Below, piece by piece: positions 1 through 11,534 of a DNA stretch of 64,000 bases. The stretch's first letter is position 1; the number at the start of each line of letters is the position of its first letter. The translations under genes and the position numbers were made by a program. The notes under the pieces are model-generated. The model saw only the letters and a list, made by a program, of their open reading frames with translations. It did no database searches and was not told the DNA's origin. Source of the DNA: Trypethelium eluteriae (lineage: Eukaryota); assembly GCA_051942245.1 (NCBI GenBank), contig JAVECL010000064.1, positions 1 to 64,000 on the forward strand, given 5' to 3'.

Positions 1-1169
1 AACCCCGCCGACGGCACAATCCCCGAGCTGGAATACACGCTCGCCCGCTCCGCCGATGCGAACCCCGGACGCGACCGCGCCTGCTGCGAGTCGTACGCAC
101 CGCCCCCCTGCTGCTGTCCAGCCGTACTGCCCGCATCGACATTCGCGCTCAGCACCGACAGCGGCAGGCTCTCGCGCGAGCCGCCCCAAACAGAGGAGGG
201 CGCGAGGGCGCGCACCGAGGCGTCGGTGTCGAGGGAGTGGCGGCGCCGCCGCTTCGAGCTGCTGGCGAGCGTGAGGATGGACGCGTTGTCCGTGAGGAGG
301 TTGTTTGCGGTTGCGGTCGTGTACGTGGTTGGGTGGCCCTGCGGCGCGAGGTGCGGAGGGATGGCTGAAGGTGGGGGAGACGTCGAGGTTGACGGGAATT
401 GGTGCGTGAATTGCACGGTTGGCGTGTGTGGCGCGGTGAGCGTCGTCGTGGTGGAGGAGGTGCCGATGCCGGTTCCGGTGCCTCCGGGGGCGAGCGGTCC
501 GCCACCGCCGACGCCGCCGCCGCCGCCGTTGAGCATGGTGGATGGGGCGGTGGATTGGATGGTGGTGAGAGTGGTGGTGAGGGAGCGCTCGGAGGGGTTG
601 GGGGAGGAGAAGGTGCTGTTGCCTGCGCCTTCGTTGGAGGAAACGCCGCCGCCGACGGTATTGCTTGTGCCTGCTTTGGATTGGGCGGTGTCTGAGTTGA
701 TAGTCCCGGCATGCGTGGCTACAGTGGGCGCTGCTGATCGATTGCTGGCTGTAGGGGGCTTGCGTCCTTCGCCAGCTTCATCTTCTGTAGTGAAGCTGTT
801 TCGAACGTTGGAAGTAGGCGTCATTGAAATCTGTCCATTCGCACTGCTGGCAACCGACTGTCGATGCAAATAGCCAGACTCGGGGTATGGATTATTTTTG
901 AGGCTTCCTTGCTTCTTTGATTTTACAGGGGAATTCGCCGTGCCCTTTTTCGTCGTTGCAGCTGCATTATCGGAGGAGGTTTTCTTGGTCAACTTCTTGA
1001 CCCACGAAGCGAATGGTCGTCTGCGGTTATGTCGGTCTGTCATGTGCGCGTTAGATTCCGTATCTTCAACAAGTGAGGTCCACATCTCATAGGAAAGCAG
1101 ATGGAAGGCAGGTTATTGAAGATGATTCGGCTCACCATGGGGTCTGGGAGATGCCTCTGCAGTTGCCAT
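1..1169 (-). CDS. Conserved Pezizomycotina Ser/Thr-rich hypothetical protein (3' end runs off the window)
   Basis: ATG at 1169; intron 1135-1064 (GTGAG...CTCAC...AAG). The frame stays open to base 1, so it is absent from the ORF track. It contains RRRPFASWVKKL, NNPYPESG, SNRSAAPTVAT, STFSSPNPSERSLTTTLTTIQSTAPS and NNLLTDNASILTLASSSKRRRRHSLDTDASVRALAPSS, blocks I recall from a conserved fungal family of unknown function. Confidence 0.8.
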
Positions 1170-1853
1170 TTTGATGCAACTTGGAAGTGCAAAGGCTCTT
1201 TTCAAAGCCTCAGGACCTCTACAAGTATTTCGGGTTAAGAGGCACTCCTGGGTGAGAGTGAATCTCGACGTCGGCTTTTGAGTGACAAGCCTTAGGTACC
1301 AAGTCGATGGCTAGACTTATCAAAAGCTTGAGGTCTTGAAGATCCGGAGAAGGGGAAGTCTGAAAGGGGTCCTCCGATTGACAGGGAGTGGACTTGGGCA
1401 GTAATTGGTGTTGAAGGATAGGGAAAGCCTCCTGCTCCTGTTACTTCGAGTTCAGGGTCCACAGTGGCTTGCGCTAGCGTGCCCACCTGCCACCCACCTC
1501 ATCCAGCCCTCGACCTTTCTATCGCTGCTTCACATACATGTATTTCCATTCACTGAGCTATGAACTTTAGCTGTCCACCGATTATTGATAATCCATTCAT
1601 GGGACAAAATACTACAATGTTCAATCTCTCACAAGCTCCACAGAGAGAGCTCCATTGAGGTTTGCTGCAAAATGTTGATCGGAAAAAATAATGATACCTG
1701 AGCTTTGGCATGCATTCCACAATATCTTCTAGTCCTGTATGCTAAAATGAATCTCAAGGTCTTGCTCCACAAGCAATGACCATTTAGGGTTCTTTGCCTG
1801 TGGCTTTAACTCGAGATCCCATTCAACCACCGCCGAACGCAGGGTGTTATGCC

Positions 1854-2399
1854 TCATATTTTGTTCGGAGATTTACCGGGCCCTTCCTCTTGCTTATCTT
1901 TTTTGCCAGCATCTTTCTTTTCCTTGCACGAGTTCAGGAAACAATCTTCTGCCGGTTTATCTTTGTCTGCATTAAGCCATTTGGCGAATTGAACCGCCGC
2001 ACTGAGTAACGACGGCTTCGCTGAATCACCACCATCGGCCCTCTTTACGAGAGTCATTTGGTCCTCCAATCTGCTGTCTTCATTTTGGATTGCAAACGCC
2101 TTTTTAAAGTCGGTATCGGCTTGCGCTTGTATGTCGTACGGAAGGTTGATTTCGGCCGAGGCATATTTCTGACATTGCTTCCACAAGCGCACTCTAAGAG
2201 CGTGCTCATCATCGCAATCAGAAAGTTTTGCAACAGATGAGCAATCTATCTCTTTGTGGGGGATTATTTTTCTGGGAGGATGTAGCCCAGTTCCTCCGAA
2301 GTGGTCCAAAATCTCTTCATGCGTTCCGACAGGTGCAGCGAATGTAGTGAGAGATGCAATCGCAGCAAATATGGCGAACTTTGAAAGGTTCTTCGACAT
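1854..2399 (-). CDS. Small secreted protein of unknown function, 181 aa
   Basis: Single-exon ATG-to-stop ORF. Signal-peptide-like N-terminus (MSKNLSKFAIFAAIASLTTFAAP), internal LVKR (Kex2-like), five Cys and a charged tail. Confidence 0.6.
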   Translation of the reverse strand: MSKNLSKFAIFAAIASLTTFAAPVGTHEEILDHFGGTGLHPPRKIIPHKEIDCSSVAKLSDCDDEHALRVRLWKQCQKYASAEINLPYDIQAQADTDFKKAFAIQNEDSRLEDQMTLVKRADGGDSAKPSLLSAAVQFAKWLNADKDKPAEDCFLNSCKEKKDAGKKDKQEEGPGKSPNKI

Positions 2400-3828
2400 C
2401 GTGGTATCTTGGAAGATGTAGATGAGCAGTAAGCCTTCTTGTCATATGCAATTCAGTGTGTTTCAATCAACCCACATAATCTCCTTCGAACTTTGAAACG
2501 CCATTCTTTGCCTTGCGGAACGGATGGATACTAGGTTTCTATAGATTATTCGAGTGAAGACCTCGCCAGTCACATGGCAACCTGGCTTGACCTCTGAGAG
2601 GAGAAGCCCCATCGTTAGACAATTGAGTGGAAGAAGTGGACGGAAGACGGCGTCATTGAAAGTACGTTATTTGTCAGATCTTGGTGTACCATACAGGTTT
2701 GAACATTTTCAAAGTAAGATGATGGAAGCCTTTCATGGCTATGAGTGTCTACCTGGGCTAGCCAGTCAGGACATATATGAATCCGTGTCAAATACATGTA
2801 TGATGGAACGCTGATTATATCGAAATTCGCTTCGAGTTAAGCATAAAAAGAAGTCTGGTTAAGTTATATTGATTCCCACTAAAATCTATAACCTTCCAAC
2901 CCTATCCACGACAAGTCCGCGACGAAATACCTGGTGCCTTCGGGATTTACGACTCCCAAAGATGTAGCCAGTCTGGCTAAGGTGGCTAACTTCGAGACCA
3001 TTGCAGGTCGAGGGGCCCTCCAAGGGAAATGTCAGAAGTATCAATATTTAACTGAGAATGGAAAGAACAAGAAAAGATCCACGCAGGAGGAGAGAAAACG
3101 AGTTAGAATGGGGCCACCTATACGGTACGACAATCCCACGCCTGCCCCTTACAGGCTAGGGACTCCGCAAGAAACCTTATGGTCTTCTCGAAGCTCTTCA
3201 AACTTGCCCACCTATGGATTATATAACCTGCTGGTGTGTCAGGACAAATCTACATCCAGAGCCACCAGGCCACCGCTCCCGTCGCTGTTTGTCCGTCTAT
3301 CCATGATGACTGGACTGTAGATGCAGCAGGCGATAAGCCATCCATGACGACCACTCGACTTAAGTAACGTCAAATAGCAATATACGACCTTCTGGATCGG
3401 GAGATTTTCGCACAATTCTTGCTCTCTTTCGAGGAATTGCGACGAGCATCTTAACTTTTGCACGTTGCGTTGTCCTTTCGGTGTTGGGGATGAAGAAAAT
3501 TTGTGGAAAAGGCACAATACAATCGGACACATCCCTTTTGCATAGGTATGTAGATGCGCCATTTGACTAACGTGCAGGGGAAATACGTCTTCAGTCGTTC
3601 ACTATGCCTGGACAGTTGTGTTTCCAAGAATCTATGATTCGTATATAAATCCCTAATACTGTATAAATCCGATGGGCTAAGCCGTCGAAATGTGAATTGA
3701 AAATGAAAAGACAGTGCCTGCACGGCTTGTCACAACGCCTTCAATGTGCCTGCACTTCTGGTCCATCGGATCTTCAAGTCTCTTACGGGCAGTGTGTGAT
3801 AGCTCCTCTCACCCATGGTTTCTGGGCT

Positions 3829-5116
3829 CTAATTCAGGTTGCTCTGAATGAATTGGGCAGCAGGAGTGATGGAGGTCTGGGTATAGGACAAATGAGCGGC
3901 CGAGATGGCGAATACCCCGTTGCAAACGCCGTCACCCTGGGCACAGAAAATTTTGGTCCTGGACTGAGGGACGCCTTGAAACGCCTCTTTTTGGACCGGG
4001 TCACCAAAGGTTGTGACGGCCTAATCAAGCTCATTAGTACGTCCTGCTGCAGCGTCGCGTAGGCGGAACATTACTTACGGAGATCTTGCCAATAGTGCCT
4101 GCGTCCATGTTTTGAAGAGCACCGTGGACTTGCTCAGCACCTTGACTATACCCTGCGAGCACGACCTTGGTGCTTGGACATTTTTGAATGGCCTGGTTGG
4201 TGAGCTGAGCCATGTTCGTAGCACCCTGCTCCGTTTTAGGAGAGACACCGCCTTGGATTGCACCACCAATGTCCGCTGGATAGTTGACGCCTTGGACAGC
4301 AACATCTCCGTTGAGATCGCTTTTCAATTTGTTGGCGAGGTCAGGGCAGACAGTGGAACCCAAGTTGCCACCTTCGGTGGTACCACGCGCGCAGATGAAG
4401 GTCGTGCCTTTGCAAACGCCATCTTGAACATCATTGGCAGTTTGGCCTGGTTATCTTAGCGTGGGCATTTCTTTAGGAGAGAGTGTCTTACCTCCAAGGC
4501 TGCTGAGGCCTCCAAGACCACTAGAGCTGCCAGCACCGCCTAATGGTGATCCAGCGTCAGAGTTCGTGGAGACGGAACCACTTCCCCCAAGGCCTCCCAG
4601 ACCGCCGAGCGATCCCAGACCTGATGAAGATGAACCAGATCCGGAGCCCCCAAGACCTCCTAGGCCGCCAAGCGATCCAAGTCCAGGCGAAAAGGAGCCA
4701 GGCCCGGACCCACCAAGGCCTCCAAGTCCACCAAGAGATCCAAGTCCACCTGTGGAGTTGCTTCCAGGCAGACCAGGAAGGGATCCACTACCACTACCAC
4801 TGCCAGCCAGCCCACCAGGAAGCGAGCCGAGTCCGCTGCCACTGCCCGAACTACCTCCCAGACCACCAAGTAGAGAATCAAGGCCTCCAGTGCTGCTGCC
4901 AGCACCTCCACCCAAGCCGCCAAGAGAAGGAAGACCGCCAGCACCTTCGGTACCGGAGCCGCCTTGCCCTCCAGGCAGAGGGATCAAGCCTCCTGCCGAG
5001 CCAGTGGAACCGGTGCTACCACCGCCGAGTCCACCTAACAGGCTGGAGAGGCTTTGAGGAACAGGCAAGGCAAGAGCCTGCGTCGCGAGGAGGGCAGAGA
5101 CGAGAAGTGAAGGCAT
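3829..5116 (-). CDS. Secreted cutinase (CE5) with a long Gly/Ser/Leu-rich N-terminal extension
   Basis: Exons 5116-4492, 4446-4079 and 4020-3829 (GTAAG donors, CTAAG/CTAAT branch sites). Motifs: ICARGTTE, CPSTKVVLAGYSQGA (nucleophile GYSQG), TFGDP, CAQGDGVC and AAHLSY. Signal peptide MPSLLVSALLATQALA. Confidence 0.95.
4577..4747 (-). repeat. Three tandem 63-bp (21-aa) coding repeats GLGSLGGLGGLGGSG-x6 in cutinase exon 1
   Basis: Units start at 4747, 4684 and 4621 on the minus strand; the peptide is identical but synonymous codons differ. Confidence 0.85.
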
Positions 5117-5276
5117 GCTGTTGTGTTCTAGAGAAGATAAAATGATGAATTGATGAATGAGTGAACGAATGAATCTTGTGACTCGCGTGAAATGAAGGAC
5201 AGAAGCGAAAGACCAGTCTGGAGCAAAGAGACTCGCTGATGCTGCAGAAGAAACTCAAGTTGAAAAGTCAGAGGGC

Positions 5277-5282
5277 TTTATA
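5277..5282 (-). promoter_or_regulatory. Putative TATA box of the cutinase gene
   Basis: TATAAA on the minus strand about 160 bp upstream of the ATG at 5116. Confidence 0.5.
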
Positions 5283-5334
5283 TCTACCTTGGTCCTACGT
5301 CAGGACTGAAGATTTAATGAGAGGGCTTTTACTA

Positions 5335-6425
5335 CCGAGGCTCTCGCCACCTCCCAAGCCATGTAGGAGCGCATTGCAATACGCAATTTTGGTACATTTG
5401 CTTGCCGCCCAGAAGAGATCGCCCCCACAAGAAGTAGGATGTGAAGCGCTGGACTCAGTAGTAGGGTTGGAGATATATTTCCCAAGAAAGCGTTTCAGTG
5501 ACAGAACCTAGCATTCCCCATGCAACCTCACGATCGTGGCGTTTTCGGTGCCCTCCGGATTGCTCCCGCTCTACAGGGAAGTCTATCTCGATGGCGCGGG
5601 AAGAAGTGAGGGTAGATACTCTATGATTTGTCTGCGCAGAATCCCCCTTGATGGGTTGATACATTGAGAAAACAGAATTGGCCTAGCACGGCCATCCTTG
5701 CCGGTTGCGTCCCTGGCGATCCAACGTTCAGTTAGCTTTTCGATTCAATGGTCGCTGTGCGTGTACCGAATAGATTGGGTGGCCCCGGCGTAGCCGACCA
5801 AGATCACTCAGAGAGATTCCTCGCGAAATAGCCTCGGCGTCTTGACAAACCCCGCCTGGGCTGTGCAGTACTATCACGAACGTGAAGTTGGATGGATGAG
5901 CTAAGTGACAAATTTTAGATATGCGGGGAGAGCCGAGTCTCCTGACTTTACTTATGTGCGATCAGGAAATGGAGGACGTTGGTCTATTATCAGATAGCTC
6001 TTGACCCTTTCAAAAATGGGGAGCCATAGCCCGAGGCTTGTAGAGACCAAGTGATCTTGGCTACGCTAATGAGAATACCATGCTACAGATCTTTCTGAAC
6101 CGCGGATAACAATAAATCCCTATTTACCATCCCGCTTGTCGATCTTCCAGTCCGACCGGGTTGCGTCTAGCTAAACTTTATGTCTTGACACTCTTAGAAA
6201 ACGCAACAGCAGACTCTAGCCAAGAATGACCAGGCAAAGGCAAATTGAAGCTGCATGATGTCGTTAAGGATGACCCTGGCCTTCGGAGAGAAGTTATTCT
6301 CTCAGGACTGAGATAGACATTCCCTCGTACGATGTGCCCTTGAAATGTTGGGGTCAAGATTGATCGCCCGCTTTGACAAGGGAGACGTGATTCGAGAACG
6401 CTGCGAGAAAAATTTCATGCCGAGG
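5335..6425. promoter_or_regulatory. Cluster of CCTCGG/CCGAGG (FarA/CTF1-type) sites upstream of cutinase
   Basis: Hexamer at 5335, 5832, 6031 and 6420 (further copies at 6824 and 7048). CCTCGG is the established core site of FarA/CTF1alpha Zn2Cys6 factors that induce cutinase and fatty-acid genes. Confidence 0.6.
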
Positions 6426-7124
6426 AAGTGCAATAATACCAACATTTCCGAACGTATTTCGGCCAGGGGTTGAGTTAAAGCACCATCAGGAGAAGTGAGG
6501 GGTGAACGCTTAGTGACTTTTCCCTATTCTTCACTCCAATCATCTTAATATCCTGACGCTGAAGCGCAAGATAGGCCAACATGTTCAAGGATAGAGCTTC
6601 AAATCGTGGCCTGAAATGACGCTAGACCCGTGACGAAATTGTGTCATACAGCTTTTGAACTCAGACCGGTAATTTTGAATAAGAGTACTGTAAGGAAATG
6701 AGGAGAGCCTGAACTTGTTCATCCTGACACTCCTCCGAGCTTGTGCAGAAACTCAAGGAAGATCTGTTGCATCATATCCTTGATAGAGTGTCTCTCATTG
6801 ACCGATGAATCCACGAAGGCCTTCCGAGGCCTGGGAAGAGGACAACGATTGCTGCCCACGTTTCCCCACTCCTAATCTTTCAGGAGCTGCGCTGAATGCC
6901 AGGGACCAGATTCATTCGGTAGATTATCAAACCTCGTTATCAATGGAGCTAGCTTGTACTTGTAAAGGACCCTCGTCCCTGGTGAGCAGACGGCTGGCTT
7001 GTCTGACATAGAAATGCAGCTGATCCCTCCTGCGGCAGCTACCAACGCCTCGGTTTGGCTTGAAGGTCCATCTCGGTCCGAATTGTATGATTCAAATCGA
7101 AATTGGATTGATGTGATATCAGGT

Positions 7125-7463
7125 TCACGTGTTAGTGAACTTGCCGAAACGACGATCGAGAGCTTGAAACATATCCTTGGATGTTTTGCAACTGACAAGA
7201 GAGTAGTCTGCAATGTTTCGATGGACGCACAGAAGGATAACAGTCTTGGCTTGTGAGTCGAACATGGCCCAAGTTGAATGCAGTGCTTCATATTGCTCAG
7301 AGTCCTCGCAGGTGTGCTGGATATCCTCCAAAGCTTTCCCGTTCACATATTTCCAGAGACTCCTACCCTGTAGATAGTTTTGCAGAACTGCCCTCCAATA
7401 TAGATATTCGCTGATATTAAAGAGCTTTGGAAGCTGTTCAACGCCTACCATGAAATCGTTCAT
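7125..7463 (-). CDS. Ty1/Copia gag-derived protein (DUF4219 + UBN2/Retrotran_gag_2-like N-terminal capsid region), 112 aa, isolated
   Basis: LPKLFNISEYLYWRAVLQNYLQGRSLWKYVNG...WAMFDSQAKTVILLCV...CKTSKDMFQALDRRFG matches the Copia gag pattern Y-x2-W...YL-x4-LW-x2-V-x-G...W-x3-D-x2-A-x3-I-x-L...T-[AS]-K-[ED]-M-[WF]-x2-L-x3-F. I found no LTRs, zinc knuckle or pol nearby. Confidence 0.7.
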   Translation of the reverse strand: MNDFMVGVEQLPKLFNISEYLYWRAVLQNYLQGRSLWKYVNGKALEDIQHTCEDSEQYEALHSTWAMFDSQAKTVILLCVHRNIADYSLVSCKTSKDMFQALDRRFGKFTNT

Positions 7464-7970
7464 GCTTGCGCTTGAAGAGAGTAAATTGAAGAAGCAACAG
7501 GTTTGTCTGTCCAGAAAGTACGTAAAAGATTGCGTCGCTCTTGGCACTCTGACATAGATGGGTATATTGGACTTGTCGATTAACGAAGTCGACAGGTACA
7601 GCGCAATGGCGCAAACCCAACGAGAGGCTATTTAAGTTTGCGTGTAAAATTGTGAAAGGTTGGAGAGTGAGATATTGAGATATACGTAGATGTTGGACTG
7701 AAGAGAGTTGCAGACTGCTTCGAGAAACGCTTAGGTGTCCTCAAGTAGAAACGTCTTCGATTCTACATAGGGTACTGAGTTGATTGCGGCGCTCGTTCAG
7801 CTTCAGGGGTTGGTGGGGCTTGTTATGGGAAACCCCTCTGACGCGTGAAGTCGCGTCTCCGCGCTCGGGCCGGCAGTCCTTGCCGTGATGACGCCGAGCA
7901 TTCGAAAAGATCAGACCTTCCAGACTTCGCGATCTAGTCCGCCAAATTGCAGTGCTATATCGTCGGCAAG

Positions 7971-8713
7971 ATGCTAGCTACGACACATGGACTACATCTT
8001 CCTGACAACTGGTTTTACCAGACGTCGACCTCTTTGCCACTTTCACCACGCTCTGCAAATGCACGTCTTCGACAGCAACCAATGTCCGATGCATCAAAAT
8101 CGCATACGCCCTTCTCAAAGCGACCTATCAAGTCCAACCCTCTTGTAGAGTCTAGAGAAGTCGCCAGAAACCGGCGACGCGACGTCTACCTCAAACAAGT
8201 CCAAGATCGCAGAAACGACAAAAGTTGGGCAGCTCGCGGAGACCAGGTATTTCCATCTTTATGGATCTATTATACTATCAATTTCGGCGTACCATAAGGC
8301 TAATACAACTGTCAACCTCGTAGATACTTCAACTAGACTACGTATCGGAGCGCAAGAAATGGGAGGCCGAAATGGCGCAGTCGGCTCCACCGCCAGAAGA
8401 ACCTCCAGAGGAAGAGGCAGATCTTCCAGTGTACAGCAGCCAAGGCCCATTTTTCATGTCCCAAACCACACCTCAGAATAGTCAGCCATCATGCGACGAC
8501 GCTCGCGAAATCGATGACATCGAACGACAGCAGCAAGAGGATCTGGAGGCGTTACTCTCATTGATGGAGACAGAGGAAGAGCAAGGACAGGCGCGGCAGG
8601 CGCAAGACTCTCAGCGATATGGTAGTGATGATGAAGACTATGATAGTATTTTCCTGGGCTTGATGAACGACGGAGAGCAGAAAGCCGAAGCAATGGATAC
8701 TTCGAATGGCTGA
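7971..8713 (+). CDS. Conserved fungal hypothetical protein (basic N-terminal half, acidic C-terminal half)
   Basis: Exons 7971-8246 and 8324-8713 (GTATTT...GCTAAT...TAG). Contains PLSPRSAN, RRRDVYLKQVQDRRNDKSWAARGDQ|ILQLDYVSERKKW and YGSDDEDYDSIF. Confidence 0.8.
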
Positions 8714-8886
8714 ATTTGCCAATCCATAGCAAGTATTGGCTGTTTCCGTTATGATCAAGAGTCGGTTTTGCGTCGGCACTAAATCGCATGTAGTCTGCAT
8801 CGGATGGAGGCGTTGCTTTCATTTTGCCCAAAGCTGGGCAGCGAGGCATCTCGGTATTGGAACTAGTTTCCTCGGCAAGGCTGGCA

Positions 8887-9926
8887 TTATTGTTGGGGAC
8901 ATTGTGAATCCATGTCTCCAAGTGCTTCCTGGGTGGCGTTCATGTCACCAACAAGGTCGGGAGGCGGTGCGCCCACAGCTTGCATCTAGAGATCAATCAG
9001 ATAATTATCCTTCAGGATGATTTCCAGTCCAAACCCACCTTTTGCATTCTTTCCACAATGTACTCGCGATCTTCGGCTTTCTCGTCGGCATAACCGCTCG
9101 TCTCGAACCTCGCAACAATCTCCGATACTAGTTTCTGCTGTTCTTCATATCGTGCCACATCTTCTTTACTCGTCTTTTCCCGATTCTCCTTCATCCAGGC
9201 CGGAAATTTGTCATTGAGCTCTTTCATAGGCTCGTAAAGAATATCCTTGTTCGTCAATTGCTCCATCATGCCAAGAAGCATTTTTGAGAAGTTTTCTTCG
9301 TTCTCATCACCATCGAGTCCGGATTTCTCCATCTCCTTCATCATTTGTGCAAACATGTCGTCCTGAGATGAAGACGTGGCCGCGGCAGAAGCCTGATCCC
9401 CAGATTCTCGCATTCGCTCCATGGTCTTCCTGATTGTTTCTTGGAATGAATCTTCACCCGTTTTTTGACCCTTCGACTTGCCAGCTTGTTCCGTAGAGTT
9501 CGTGCTTGTTGCAGTATCCTCGGTAGCGGTAGCATCAGCGCCTAGCCCTTTCATCAGTTCCTCGAACTGCTTCTTCATCTCCGGGTCCTTGTCCATGTCA
9601 CCCAATAATTCGGCCATGCCGGCTTGTAGCTGCTTCGCAAATTCCTCATCGTCAGGATCTGGTTTTGTTTCTTTGTCTTCTGGTGCAATCGTAGTCGCCT
9701 CTTGAGATGTACTAGGCTGCTTTGATGCCGAGGGTGAATTTGAATCAAGCTTGGTAGCTTTGAATTCGTCGAGGACCTCTTTCATTCGCCGTTAATTCAA
9801 TTTCTACATGAAACTTTTCTATGGCATACCATCTAGATCGTCGAGATCATCTTCGTCAGGATCTGGGACATCTGCGCCGTCATGATGGGATTCTCCAGGC
9901 GTTTTTCTGTTTTCCTGATCCGCCAT
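8887..9926 (-). CDS. PEX19: Peroxin 19, peroxisomal membrane protein import receptor
   Basis: Exons 9926-9830, 9778-9039 and 8985-8887. Contains PDPDEDDLDDLDEVLDEF, MMEQLTNKDILYEPMKEL, MQKMQAVGAPPPDLVGD and a C-terminal CaaX box CPQQ*. Confidence 0.96.
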
Positions 9927-10007
9927 ATCAATTTTGTTCTTCGAGACTGTTGAGCTTAGCTGCTGTTGGCGGACGACCTCCTACTGGAGGACGTGGGGAC
10001 CTCCGAC

Positions 10008-10013
10008 CCGAGG
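10008..10013. promoter_or_regulatory. CCGAGG (FarA-type) site in the PEX19/UBC9 divergent promoter
   Basis: Single core site about 80 bp upstream of the PEX19 ATG; peroxin genes are typical FarA targets. Confidence 0.4.
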
Positions 10014-10320
10014 TACTTCTCTTTGCGGGAGAAGGTCCGGTCCTCGTACCGGAGGTCGGGCAGTCGCGTGGGGCATTTTCCACAACGTGATCTGTTTGCA
10101 CCTAATTTGATAGACTGTCTTTCAAGGCTGCGTACAGTGGGCGGCCTCCCACTGCAATGCTCGAATTCTCTCCGCCTCACTTCTGATACCTCTGCAATAC
10201 CTCGTGGCCCAATCTCATAGGAAGAGCGACCCCGCGACCGGCCCACCTTGATCTGTAACTTCTCACTCAATTTCCTTTCTCCACCTTACTACACTTGCTG
10301 GAACTGCAATACTTGTCGCC

Positions 10321-10956
10321 ATGTCACTGTGTCAGAACAGGCTTCAGGAGGAGCGGTATGGACACCAGGTTTGCTTCTATATCCTCGAATACTGATCAAT
10401 CTTTGCAGCAAGCAGTGGCGACGTGACCATCCATTCGGCTTCTACGCAAGGCCTATGCGGAATCCACAAGGCGTTCTTGATCTTAAAAGGTGGGAGTGTG
10501 GAGTACCAGGCAAGGATAAGACATTATGGGAAGGTGGACTTTTCAAGCTTGAAGTGACGTTTCCAGACGGTATGCTGAATTGGCCTGCCAAGTTGGATGC
10601 TGGTGAACTAATGGATCTGTACCAGAGTATCCGACGAAGCCACCGAAATGTACGCGCGCTGTTCCAATTTCCAAGTTCCGTGTTCTTGCTAACTCTGTGG
10701 AGGTAAATTCGTGCCGCCGCTATTCCACCCCAACGTCTACCCATCAGGTACGGTCTGTTTGTCGATTCTAAACGAGGACGAAGGATGGAAGCCGGCCATC
10801 ACGATCAAAGAGATATTGCTTGGCATTCAGTCGTTACTTGACGAGCCAAATCCTGAGTCACCAGCACAAGCAGATGCCTATAACCTCTTCAAAAAAGATC
10901 GAGCTTCATATGATCGGAAGATAAAGCATATTGTCAAGGAGAACCCCGCATCATGA
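10321..10956 (+). CDS. UBC9: SUMO-conjugating enzyme E2
   Basis: Exons 10321-10355, 10409-10569, 10626-10649 and 10703-10956. Contains [36 protein letters not shown] and [16 protein letters not shown]. Confidence 0.97.
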
Positions 10957-11534
10957 TCCTGGTAGCACTGCAACGGTTTGAACGGGGGTGCCGTTCTCAT
11001 TTCTCACCTTGGATTGGACACATTGCAGTCACGCACAGCGCGTGAGGGGCTTTTCAGCGTGTTGATCCAACATATACTGAAATTGTGCATACACGAAAGA
11101 CGCTTCGCGGGAAGGAATGATGGTCAATGTAGCGATTTCTAGGAGGGAACCATATTGGGCAGGCAAGAACGGCGCGACAGCTACCTGACTAGCGGTTCAA
11201 TAGAGATTTTTTTGCAGAAACACCAGCTATGCGAGGGCCATTAAATATGTAGTGAACTAACAGCATCTGCTCTGAGAAATTGTACTAATTCCCACATAAT
11301 CTCAAACTTAAGCAGGCACGTGGTGTAGAGAGATCACGGCACGGTTTGGCATGGTGTCGTCTCGTCTGGACCCTGACGTACCTGACTGCAAGGGTCGGCG
11401 GACGCTAAGCGGAATATTTCTCTACACCTACCTAAAGCAGTCCTCCGTATCTATCATCCAGAATAAGATGTTCGCCGTCGAAGAACCAGCTGCCCATACC
11501 AGCAGCTGCTGAGGCCCCCCAAGATGTTACCACG

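Noticed and set aside
56..873. Pro/Gly/Arg-rich ORFs 56-274, 149-712, 226-873 and 399-695
   Set aside because: Shadow frames of the GC-rich minus-strand gene at 1-1169.
2554..3723. Several 60-130 aa ORFs between the secreted orphan and cutinase
   Set aside because: No recognisable motifs or consistent splice structure.
4434..5145. Pro-rich plus-strand ORFs resembling extensin or collagen
   Set aside because: Antisense mirror of the cutinase Gly codons.
5900..7700. Full-length Copia retrotransposon
   Set aside because: I found no LTR pair or protease, integrase or RT motifs around the gag-like ORF.
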